Source of the DNA: an uncultured Pelagibacteraceae bacterium
GTDB lineage: Bacteria > Pseudomonadota > Alphaproteobacteria > Pelagibacterales > Pelagibacteraceae
Reading direction: 5' to 3'
DNA length: 64,000 nt
Assembly: GCA_902554335.1 (NCBI GenBank)
Contig: CACDOD010000002.1
Location: forward strand, 10,204-74,203
Below are positions 55,292 through 63,844 of the stretch, one piece after another. Positions within the stretch are counted from its first letter, which is position 1. Each line of letters begins with the position of its first letter. The notes below the pieces were generated by a model that was not told where the DNA came from, ran no database searches, and saw only the letters and a program-made list of their open reading frames with translations. The position numbers and the translations under genes are program-made.

Positions 55292-55900
55292 TTATTCTCT
55301 TTTAGACACTACTTTGTCAACAAGTCCAAAATCTTTTGCCGCATCTGGAGTCATAAAATTATCTCTTTCTAAAGCAGATTTAATTTCCTCGACTGATTTA
55401 CCTGTGTGACGAGAATAAATTTCATTTAATCTTTTTTTTAAAGATAAAACCTCATTTGCATGAATTTCAATATCAGTGGCTTGCCCTTGATATCCAGCTG
55501 ATGGTTGATGAACCATTATTCTTGAGTTTGGTAAAGAAAATCTTTTTCCTTTAGATCCAGCAGATAAAAGAAAAGAACCCATGCTAGCAGCTTGGCCTAT
55601 ACATAAAGTTGACACATCTGGTTTAATATATTGCATAGTGTCATAAATTCCTAAACCTGAAGTAACCAAACCTCCTGGACTATTTATATAAAGAAAAATA
55701 TCTTTTTTTGGATCTTCAGACTCTAAAAATAATAACTGTGCTGTAACTAGTGAGGCGACGTGATCATTGATTGGGCCAACAACAAACACAATTCTTTCTT
55801 TTAGAAGTCTTGAATAAATATCAAAAGCTCTTTCTCCCCTACTGGTTTGTTCAACGACCATAGGAATCAAGGTATTCATGTGTTCATATATTTTATTCAT
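55292..55900 (-). CDS. clpP: ATP-dependent Clp protease proteolytic subunit
   Basis: [35 protein letters not shown]. Confidence 0.98.
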   Translation of the reverse strand: MNKIYEHMNTLIPMVVEQTSRGERAFDIYSRLLKERIVFVVGPINDHVASLVTAQLLFLESEDPKKDIFLYINSPGGLVTSGLGIYDTMQYIKPDVSTLCIGQAASMGSFLLSAGSKGKRFSLPNSRIMVHQPSAGYQGQATDIEIHANEVLSLKKRLNEIYSRHTGKSVEEIKSALERDNFMTPDAAKDFGLVDKVVSKRE

Positions 55901-55936
55901 ATTAAAACGAATCGTTAACTTTTATACAACTAAGGA

Positions 55937-57346
55937 TTACTTTTTGCTAACTTTTTTTGTTTTTTTGGAAGGTGGTTTTTTAGATCTAGGTGTTTTTTTT
56001 GCTTTTATGGCAGATTTAGTATCTTTTGTCTCTTTTTGATTTAATTTAATATTTTTTTCATTTTCTGATTTTAATATTTTTTCGGCTTCATCTTTTGAAA
56101 TTTCTTTTAAATTTACTTTTGCTTGTTTTTTAATTTGAGAAATTATCTTTTCTTCATAAATTGATCCTCGCAAACTTGCGATCGCACTTGGATTTTTTTC
56201 GTAGTATTCTTTTACTATTTTTTCCTGTCCTGGCATCATTTGAAATTGTTTTTGAATTTCTTGATTCAGTTCTTGTTCGGTAACATTTATTTTATTTTTT
56301 TGACCAAATTCGTTTAAAATCAATCCAGTCTTAATTCTCTTTTTGGCTTGAGTCTCAAGTTGATTTTTATTTTTCTTAATGTCTTCATCCTTCATATCAT
56401 GTGATAATACTTTAATTTCTTGTTCTATGAGTTCTTGAGGAACATCATCGATTTTAATTTTTTCTAGCTGATCTAAAATTTGATTTTTTGATAACATATC
56501 TAATGAATTTTTATATTCTTCATTAATCTGTTTTGAAATTAATTCTTTTAATCCTTTTAAATCTTTAGCGCCTAAATTTTTAGCAAATTCATCATCGATT
56601 TTGACTTCTCTGTTAATTTTAATACTTTTGATTTTACATTCAAAAATTGCATTTTTGTTTGCAAGTTCTTTTTCTGGAAAATTATCTGGAAGTTTTACTT
56701 TTATTTTTTTAATGTCATTTTTCTTAACACCTTCTAACTGTTCATCAAATCCTTTGATAAATAAATCTTTACCTAGAATAATTTGAGTGTCTTTTCCTTC
56801 ATTTCCTTTAAAATCTTTTCCATCAGACGTTGCCTTGTAATCAAAAACTACGAGGTCACCTTTGTTTGATTTATGATTATCATTAGCATCCTTGAAGTTA
56901 TTTTGTGATTTTGCAATTTGATTTATTCTTTCGTCAGTAAATTTTGGATCAATTTTTACTTTATATTCATCAAATTTTATATTCTGAAGTTGTTTTACAT
57001 CTATTATAGGTAGCTCTGTTACTGACATTACATATTCTAATTCTTTACCTTCCCCATATGTTTTGAGATCTATTTTGGGTTGAGTAGCAGGTCTTATTTT
57101 ATTTTCTTCTAATGCTTTTGCTGAAGTGTCCTTTAATACTTTATCTAGAACCTCACTTAATATTGCTTCTCCAAATTGTCTTTTAAGAATTTCTCTAGGT
57201 GCTTTTCCAGGTCTAAATCCTTTAAGTGTATAATTTTTCCTTATTTCTTCATATCTTTCATCAAGATAAGAATTCATGGTCTTTTGATCTACAACAACCT
57301 TAATATCTTTTCCAAGACCTTTTTTATTTTGAATTGTAACTTTCAT
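55937..57346 (-). CDS. tig: Trigger factor
   Basis: GFRPGKAP ribosome-binding motif, FKBP domain (FIKGFDEQL); start at MKVTIQ (57346), because the ORF-track extension overlaps tRNA-Leu. Confidence 0.95.
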   Translation of the reverse strand: MKVTIQNKKGLGKDIKVVVDQKTMNSYLDERYEEIRKNYTLKGFRPGKAPREILKRQFGEAILSEVLDKVLKDTSAKALEENKIRPATQPKIDLKTYGEGKELEYVMSVTELPIIDVKQLQNIKFDEYKVKIDPKFTDERINQIAKSQNNFKDANDNHKSNKGDLVVFDYKATSDGKDFKGNEGKDTQIILGKDLFIKGFDEQLEGVKKNDIKKIKVKLPDNFPEKELANKNAIFECKIKSIKINREVKIDDEFAKNLGAKDLKGLKELISKQINEEYKNSLDMLSKNQILDQLEKIKIDDVPQELIEQEIKVLSHDMKDEDIKKNKNQLETQAKKRIKTGLILNEFGQKNKINVTEQELNQEIQKQFQMMPGQEKIVKEYYEKNPSAIASLRGSIYEEKIISQIKKQAKVNLKEISKDEAEKILKSENEKNIKLNQKETKDTKSAIKAKKTPRSKKPPSKKTKKVSKK

Positions 57347-57355
57347 ATATTTTAA

Positions 57356-57440
57356 TGGTAGGGCGAAAAGGACTCGAACCTTCACCGATTGCTCGACTGG
57401 TTCCTAAGACCAGCGCGTCTACCAATTCCGCCATCGCCCC
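57356..57440 (-). tRNA. tRNA-Leu (TAG)
   Basis: GGGGCGATGGCGGAATTGGTAGACGCGCTGGTCT-TAG-GAACCAG, long variable arm, GGTTCGAGTCC…TCGCCCTACCA; 85 nt. Confidence 0.96.
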
Positions 57441-57524
57441 AGTTTAATATTGTGGTTTATATATTATTGAAGATATTTGTCCAATTAGAATAATAGTGTA
57501 AATATAGTATAAAAATTAAAAAAA

Positions 57525-57773
57525 ATGATAGTTTCACCTTGCATTAGCATTTGTAGAACAGATCCTGTTACAGGTTATTGTTATGGTTGTGGCAGAAATA
57601 GCGATGATAAGATTAAATGGAAAGATCCAAATACAGGTGATAAATGGAAAGCTGAAAATTTAAAAACTATCAGATCAAGAATGACAGGTTGGCAATTAGA
57701 AAGTTTTAATGAATCTTACGAACATAAGATTAAGAACGGTAATTCATTATTCAAAAAGGCCAACCAAAAGTAA
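57525..57773 (+). CDS. DUF1289 family small Cys-rich (putative Fe-S/metal-binding) protein
   Basis: SPCISIC…G.CYGCGR…W signature. Confidence 0.82.
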   Translation: MIVSPCISICRTDPVTGYCYGCGRNSDDKIKWKDPNTGDKWKAENLKTIRSRMTGWQLESFNESYEHKIKNGNSLFKKANQK

Positions 57774-57774
57774 T

Positions 57775-57942
57775 ATGAGCAAAACTACTATAGCAATCAT
57801 TATATATATTCTGGGTTTAATTTTTGGAGCAATAGTATTAGATTTGTGGAGTGCTAAGACAAGTCCTAAAGCTCTATTGGGAATGATTTGGACAGCATTA
57901 TTTCTAATTGCAATATATTTGGTAGAATCCAAAAACAAATAG
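57775..57942 (+). CDS. Hypothetical 55-aa two-TM membrane protein
   Basis: ATG 1 bp after the DUF1289 stop; MSKTTIAIIIYILGLIFGAIVLDLW…ALLGMIWTALFLIAIYLV gives two hydrophobic helices. Confidence 0.65.
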   Translation: MSKTTIAIIIYILGLIFGAIVLDLWSAKTSPKALLGMIWTALFLIAIYLVESKNK

Positions 57943-58025
57943 CCAATAAATCCAGTCAGTATAACTTAAATTTTTTTAAATTAATCGGTTGAATATTTAT
58001 AAATTCAATTATAGTTTTCGAACTC

Positions 58026-59060
58026 GTGAGAATTGAAGAAGAACTTAAACTGGATTATTCTGACGTATTATTTAGGCCTAAAAGAAGCACTTTATCAAGC
58101 CGAAAAGACGTAGATCTAAATAGGACATATAAATTTAAATACAGCAGAAATGAGTGGTCAGGAATTCCTATTATGGCTGCTAATATGGATGGTGTTGGTG
58201 AATTAGGTATTGCCGATGCTTTATCTGCAAATGAGATGATTACATGTTTGACAAAACAACATGACGTCAAAAAACTATCAAAATATAAAAATTTAAAAAA
58301 AAATTATCAAAATATTGCACTAAGTATTGGTATTAAAAAGGAGGATTTTGATAATTTAGATAAGATTTTAAAAGAATATAGTTTTTTTAAGTTTATTTGT
58401 ATTGATGTTGCAAATGGTTATTCAGAGCATTTTAGCAGTTTTCTTAAAAAGGTAAGAGATAAATATCCAACTAAAACTTTAATTGCAGGAAACGTTGTTA
58501 CAGCAGATATGACACAAGAATTAATACTAAGTGGCGCTGATATTGTTAAAGTAGGTATTGGGCCTGGAAGTGTTTGTACAACAAGAATTCAAACTGGTGT
58601 TGGTTATCCACAATTAAGCGCTGTTATAGAATGTGCAGATGCTGCTCATGGTTTAGGCGCGCATATTATTGCTGATGGTGGATGTACTTGTCCTGGTGAT
58701 GTTGCTAAAGCATTTGGCGGTGGTGCAGATTTTGTAATGTTAGGAGGAATGTTTGCTGGTCACGATGAAGGAAGTGGAAAAGTTGTTAAATCTAATGGAT
58801 CAAAATACATTGAATTTTATGGTTCAAGTTCTGATACTGCAAATAAAAAACATTATGGTGGTTTGTCAAGTTACAGAAGTAGTGAAGGTAGAACAGTAAG
58901 AGTTAAATATAGAGGTAAAATAAAAGATACAATTTTGAATATTCTTGGGGGACTAAGAAGTAGTTGCACCTATGTTGGCGCCCCTTCACTAAAACAATTA
59001 AGTAAATGTACTACTTTTGTAAGAGTTACAAAACAATTTAACGATACTTTTGTAAAATAA
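58026..59060 (+). CDS. guaC: GMP reductase (E. coli/eukaryote-like type)
   Basis: MRIEEELKLDY.DVL.RPKRSTL.SR, AANMD, IDVANGYSEHF, GIGPGSVCTTR, FYG.SS, YRSSEG; GTG start. Confidence 0.94.
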   Translation: MRIEEELKLDYSDVLFRPKRSTLSSRKDVDLNRTYKFKYSRNEWSGIPIMAANMDGVGELGIADALSANEMITCLTKQHDVKKLSKYKNLKKNYQNIALSIGIKKEDFDNLDKILKEYSFFKFICIDVANGYSEHFSSFLKKVRDKYPTKTLIAGNVVTADMTQELILSGADIVKVGIGPGSVCTTRIQTGVGYPQLSAVIECADAAHGLGAHIIADGGCTCPGDVAKAFGGGADFVMLGGMFAGHDEGSGKVVKSNGSKYIEFYGSSSDTANKKHYGGLSSYRSSEGRTVRVKYRGKIKDTILNILGGLRSSCTYVGAPSLKQLSKCTTFVRVTKQFNDTFVK

Positions 59061-59072
59061 ATATTTTATATT

Positions 59073-59513
59073 TTAATTATTATAAAAACCAAGTTCAGTT
59101 AATTTTTGTCTAATCTCTGCATCGCTCCATTTGGATCTTATTTTTGATGCTTTTCCTTTTGCAGGATTAATACCATTCTTCCATTTTATATCTCTTTTAC
59201 GTGCAAATTTTTTACAGATTTTTCCTGTAAATTTCTCACAAATTTTAGTATCTTCTTTTATGTTCCCTTCCATGCAATTTCCTTGGCCATAAGAGCAATA
59301 CCAATAATAATAACCTGAACCATCCGTGGTAACAAAAAAATCATTTGGTGATTTACCTTTTTCACCTCTTATATATGTTATAAATGCATTAACTGTGCCA
59401 TCAGATAATTGCAAATCACCTGTTCCATATTTATAATATGAATCTGAACTAGCATTTGAAATGTTAAAAATAGATATAATAATTACAGATAAAATTAAGT
59501 ATAATTTTTTCAT
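59073..59513 (-). CDS. Hypothetical secreted protein with four cysteines
   Basis: Sec signal (MKKLYLILSVIIISIFNISNASS), C-x6-C-x11-C-x7-C, C-terminal KLTELGFY. Confidence 0.75.
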   Translation of the reverse strand: MKKLYLILSVIIISIFNISNASSDSYYKYGTGDLQLSDGTVNAFITYIRGEKGKSPNDFFVTTDGSGYYYWYCSYGQGNCMEGNIKEDTKICEKFTGKICKKFARKRDIKWKNGINPAKGKASKIRSKWSDAEIRQKLTELGFYNN

Positions 59514-59551
59514 GACTTATAATAACAATTCAAGAATTTAATAAAAGTTAT

Positions 59552-61990
59552 TTAATTATACTTTAATCTTGGATTTTTTAGGGGTTTTAATATTAAAGAA
59601 GCTTTATATTTGACTTTTTCAATTTCAACCTCAATTTTTGTATTCATTAATTCTTCAACTTTTAAATCAGTAGCCACATATCCAAAAAGTAAATTTTTTT
59701 TATAATTAAAAGAATAGTTTGCAGAGGTAGTATTTCCGCATATTTTTCCATCAATGTAGATAGGTTCAAAATGTAAAGCCAGAGGTTCTCCTGGTTTAGT
59801 ATTATCCAAAGAAAGCATTATGAATTTTTTTTTAATTTTATCTTTGTTAATTTTTAATAAAGCTTGTTTTCCAACAAAGTCATAATTTTTTTTAAAACTT
59901 ATTGCAAAATTTAACCCTGCTTCAAATTGATTTTCTTCTGGTGAAATATCATGCCCCCAATGTAAAAAACCACTCTCCATTCTTAAAATATCCATAGCAT
60001 GAGCGCCGCAAAGTGATAAATTATATTTTTTGCCCACCTCTCTAATTTTACCAAAAATTAAATTTGCATCTGAAAATTTAATATAAAGCTCATAACCAAT
60101 TTCGCCTACATAAGACAATCTTTGTACCCATATTTCTATATTTTTGATCAAAATATTTTTTGAATATCCAAATTTTAATTTTTCATTTGAAAAATTATCA
60201 CCCATAATTTCTTTCATAAGATCTCTTGATTTAGGACCAAACACACCCAAGCATACAAAGTCATCTGTTACATCAATTAATTCTATATTAGAATTTATAT
60301 GTTTTTTAATATGAAATTTATCTCTTTCTCTTGTGTTAGCTGCTCCAATAATTCTGTAGTGTTTATCTGATAAACATACTACAGTTAAATCAGTTTCAAT
60401 GCCTCCATCTGGATTTAGCATCTGCGTATAGGTACATTTACCAAATTCATTTTGAATGTTTGCAGTGCAAATTTTTTGTAATTCCTCGTATAAATTTTCT
60501 CCTTTTAATTCGAATTTTGAAAAAGGAGTCAACTCGTATAAACCAACATTTGTTACAGTATTTTTTGTCTCAAATTCTGCTGAAGGATACCAATTTTGAA
60601 AATTGTAACTATAATCATAGTCGGCTTTTCCATTTCTAGAAAACCACATTGGTCTCTCGTAACCACCTGCAACTCCAAAACATGCGCCAGCTTTTTTTAA
60701 CTCATCATGGTATGGAAGTAATTTAATATTTCTCGAAGTTTTGTGTTGTTTGTATGGCCAATGCATTCCATATAAGTCTCCTAAAGTTTCTGTAATTCTT
60801 TCAGTAATAAATTTTATATCTGAGTGAAAATTTTGAAATCTTTTAATATCATAAATAAATAGATCTTCATTTATATGGCCATTCATAAGCCATTCTGCTG
60901 TTACTTTGCCAACACCTCCACCACTACCTATTCCAATACTATTTAATCCAGCGCAAACAAATAAATTTTTAAAATTAGGTGCTTCACCCAATAAAGTATT
61001 TGTGTCAGGTGTAAAAGACTCTGGCCCAGAGAAAAATTTTCTTAAACCAACTTCTCCAAGTACGGGCATTCTTTTCATCGCTGCCTCCAAGTAGGGCTGA
61101 AAATGATCAAAATTTTCTGGAAATTCACCGTAGGAAAAATTTTCAGGAACTTTATTATCGTTCTGAAAAGCCGGTATTGACTTAGTTTCAAATATTCCAA
61201 TTAATATTTTCCCAGCATCCTCTTTTAAATAAAGACAATCATCAAAATCTCTTAAAGTTGGTAAAATATTTGGAAGATTCTTAATGGGCTCAGTCAAAAC
61301 ATAAAAATGTTCAGCTGGATATAAAGGTATACTTATTCCATGTTTTTCACCAATTTGACGAGACCACATGCCAGTGGCTAAAACAATATATTCACATTCG
61401 ATTGTTTGTCCATTTACAACAACACCTGAAACTCTGCCGTTTTTTTTTAAAATTTTTTCTACGGGACTTTTTTCGAAAATCTTTACACCTTCTTTTCTAG
61501 AAGCTTTGGCTAGTAAATTAGTAACTCCAACTGGATCTGCTTGACCATCACCAGGCATAAAAATTCCACCTTCTAAATCTTTATGATTTATTCCTGGATA
61601 TTTATCTTTTACTTCAGATGGATTCAAAATTTCAACATTCACATCATAAAGTTGGGCAGTTGTAGCTTGTCTTTTAAGTTCTTGCCATCTATGTTTTGTT
61701 TGGGCTATAGATAAAGCCCCACCCAGTTTCATTCCTGAGGAAAAATCTAATTCTTTCTCAAGTTTTTTATATAAATCTAAAGTATATTTTCTTATTTTTG
61801 TTATACCGGCTGAAGGACCAAGTTGACTTACTAAGCCAGCTGCATGCCAGGTTGTACCAGAAGTTAATTGATCTCTTTCAAGAAGTATTACATCTTTCCA
61901 ACCAAACTTAGCAATATGATAAGCGCAAGAAGTCCCGGTAACTCCACCCCCAATAACTACAACTTTGCAGCTGGTTGGAAGACTAGACAT
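59552..61990 (-). CDS. FAD-dependent oxidoreductase + GcvT (THF-binding) fusion, dimethylglycine/sarcosine dehydrogenase family; substrate uncertain
   Basis: VVIGGGVTG FAD motif, SGTTWHAAGL (covalent-flavin His), AEHFYV, GPESFTPD, GYERP.WF, GGIETDLTV, SYVGEIGYEL, WGHDI. Confidence 0.9.
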   Translation of the reverse strand: MSSLPTSCKVVVIGGGVTGTSCAYHIAKFGWKDVILLERDQLTSGTTWHAAGLVSQLGPSAGITKIRKYTLDLYKKLEKELDFSSGMKLGGALSIAQTKHRWQELKRQATTAQLYDVNVEILNPSEVKDKYPGINHKDLEGGIFMPGDGQADPVGVTNLLAKASRKEGVKIFEKSPVEKILKKNGRVSGVVVNGQTIECEYIVLATGMWSRQIGEKHGISIPLYPAEHFYVLTEPIKNLPNILPTLRDFDDCLYLKEDAGKILIGIFETKSIPAFQNDNKVPENFSYGEFPENFDHFQPYLEAAMKRMPVLGEVGLRKFFSGPESFTPDTNTLLGEAPNFKNLFVCAGLNSIGIGSGGGVGKVTAEWLMNGHINEDLFIYDIKRFQNFHSDIKFITERITETLGDLYGMHWPYKQHKTSRNIKLLPYHDELKKAGACFGVAGGYERPMWFSRNGKADYDYSYNFQNWYPSAEFETKNTVTNVGLYELTPFSKFELKGENLYEELQKICTANIQNEFGKCTYTQMLNPDGGIETDLTVVCLSDKHYRIIGAANTRERDKFHIKKHINSNIELIDVTDDFVCLGVFGPKSRDLMKEIMGDNFSNEKLKFGYSKNILIKNIEIWVQRLSYVGEIGYELYIKFSDANLIFGKIREVGKKYNLSLCGAHAMDILRMESGFLHWGHDISPEENQFEAGLNFAISFKKNYDFVGKQALLKINKDKIKKKFIMLSLDNTKPGEPLALHFEPIYIDGKICGNTTSANYSFNYKKNLLFGYVATDLKVEELMNTKIEVEIEKVKYKASLILKPLKNPRLKYN

Positions 61991-61993
61991 TTA

Positions 61994-63775
61994 TTACACT
62001 AGAGATTTTTGAGGCTTCATATCAGATTTATTAATGCCTGCTACTTCAACTGGTTTTTTCATTGCATCTCTTCTAAAAGGTTCGCCTAATTCTTGATTTA
62101 GAATTACTTCAACAAAAGTGGTGATGCCTTTTTTCTGATTTTCGCAACCTTCTTTGATAGCTTTGGTAGTTTCTTCCATAGTTTTCGCTGTAATACCCTT
62201 TAGACCACAAGCATTAGCAACTTTGGCATAGCTTAATTCTGGATCTAACTCTGTACCTACAAAATTGTCATCAAACCATAATATTGAATTCCTTTTTTCA
62301 GCACCCCATTGGTAATTTCTAAAAATTACCATTGTGATTGCTGGCCATTCTTCTCGTGCACATGAACTCATTTCATTCATACTTATTCCAAAAGCACCAT
62401 CACCTGCAAAACCAACCACAGGTGTTTCGGGACAACCAATCTTTGCGCCTAGAATTGCTGGAAATCCATATCCGCATGGTCCAAATAAACCAGGCGCTAA
62501 ATATTTTCTTCCTTTTTCAAAAGTAGGATAGGCATTTCCAATTGCACAATTATTTCCAATATCGCTAGATATAATTACATCCTCAGGTAAAGCTGCTTGT
62601 ATTGCTCTCCACGCTTGTCTTGGTGACATTCTGTCTTTATCTCTTTCTCTTGCTTCTTTATTCCAAACAGTTCCAGGATCATCGTCTTCATGATCTAAAC
62701 TTGTCAATGTTTGTAACCAAGCAGACTTGGTTTGATGAATTAAGTTTTTTCTCTCCTCACGATTAGTATCTCCTGCATTAGATGATAATTTTTCAAGTAA
62801 TTCTGTAGCAACCATTTTAGCATCTCCACAAATTCCAACCGTAACTTTTTTTGTTAAACCAATTCTATCTGGATTCATATCTACTTGAATAATTTTTGCA
62901 TCTTTTGGCCAATAATCAATTCCATAGCCTGGTAGTGTAGAAAAAGGATTAAGTCTTGTGCCTAAAGCTAAAACTACATCTGCCTTAGAAATTAATTCCA
63001 TAGCAGCCTTTGATCCATTATAACCTAAAGGTCCAACCGCTAAAGGATGACTTCCTGGGAAACTATCATTATGTTGATATCCACTACATACTGGGGAGTC
63101 TAATTTTTCTGCGAGTTTTTTTGTTTCTTCAATCGCATCACCAATTACGACACCTGCTCCAGACAAAATTACTGGAAATTTTGCTTCAGATAAATATTTG
63201 GATGCTTTTTCTATTGCATCACTGCCACCGCCCTGTCTTTCAAATCTTACTAATGGAGGAAGTTCAATATCAATTACTTGTGTCCAAAAATCTCTTGGGA
63301 CATTTATTTGTGCAGGAGCAGAACCTCTATGTGCTTTTTCAATGACTCTGTTTAAAACTTCTGCCATTCTAGTTGGGTCTCTTACTTCTTCTTGATAACA
63401 AACCATGTCTTTAAATAAATTCATTTGTTCTACTTCTTGGAAACCACCTTGTCCCATAGTCTTATTTGCAGCTTGAGGTGTAACTAAAAGAAGAGGTGTA
63501 TGATTCCAATAAGCAGTTTTAATTGGAGTGACTAAACCTGTAATACCAGGACCGTTTTGCGCAATAACCATTGACATTTTTCCTGTTGCCCTAGTGTAAC
63601 CATCTGCAATTAATCCACCATTAGTTTCATGAGCTACGTCCCAAAATGTTATCCCTGCTTTTGGAAATAAATCTGAAATTGGCATAAATGCCGATCCAAT
63701 GATTCCAAATGCATGTTCTATTCCATGGAATTGAAGAACTTTTATGAAAGCTTCTTCAGTAGTCATTTTAGTCAT
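61994..63775 (-). CDS. xsc: Sulfoacetaldehyde acetyltransferase
   Basis: MTTEEAF.KVL…GIIGSA, QNGPGIT, YWNHTP, SSDIGNNCAIGNAYP.F, ThDP motif GDGAFG…NYQWGAEKRN, ELGEPFRRDAM. Confidence 0.93.
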   Translation of the reverse strand: MTKMTTEEAFIKVLQFHGIEHAFGIIGSAFMPISDLFPKAGITFWDVAHETNGGLIADGYTRATGKMSMVIAQNGPGITGLVTPIKTAYWNHTPLLLVTPQAANKTMGQGGFQEVEQMNLFKDMVCYQEEVRDPTRMAEVLNRVIEKAHRGSAPAQINVPRDFWTQVIDIELPPLVRFERQGGGSDAIEKASKYLSEAKFPVILSGAGVVIGDAIEETKKLAEKLDSPVCSGYQHNDSFPGSHPLAVGPLGYNGSKAAMELISKADVVLALGTRLNPFSTLPGYGIDYWPKDAKIIQVDMNPDRIGLTKKVTVGICGDAKMVATELLEKLSSNAGDTNREERKNLIHQTKSAWLQTLTSLDHEDDDPGTVWNKEARERDKDRMSPRQAWRAIQAALPEDVIISSDIGNNCAIGNAYPTFEKGRKYLAPGLFGPCGYGFPAILGAKIGCPETPVVGFAGDGAFGISMNEMSSCAREEWPAITMVIFRNYQWGAEKRNSILWFDDNFVGTELDPELSYAKVANACGLKGITAKTMEETTKAIKEGCENQKKGITTFVEVILNQELGEPFRRDAMKKPVEVAGINKSDMKPQKSLV

Positions 63776-63844
63776 AAATTTTCCCTTAAATAATTTTCTT
63801 GCAATTTTTCTACAAATGCTATTTTTCTATATTTAATTTCAAAA

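Noticed and set aside
55902-55919. TTAA…TTAAC resembling a CtrA box before clpP
   Set aside because: The spacer is 9 nt, not the required 7, and TTAA is frequent in AT-rich DNA.
57347-57385. N-terminal extension of tig in the ORF track
   Set aside because: Overlaps the 3' end of tRNA-Leu; the true start is MKVTIQ at 57346.
61990-61994. Glycine riboswitch ahead of the GcvT-domain gene
   Set aside because: Only 3 bp separate it from xsc, so there is no room, and no aptamer motifs were seen in the xsc/suyA spacer.
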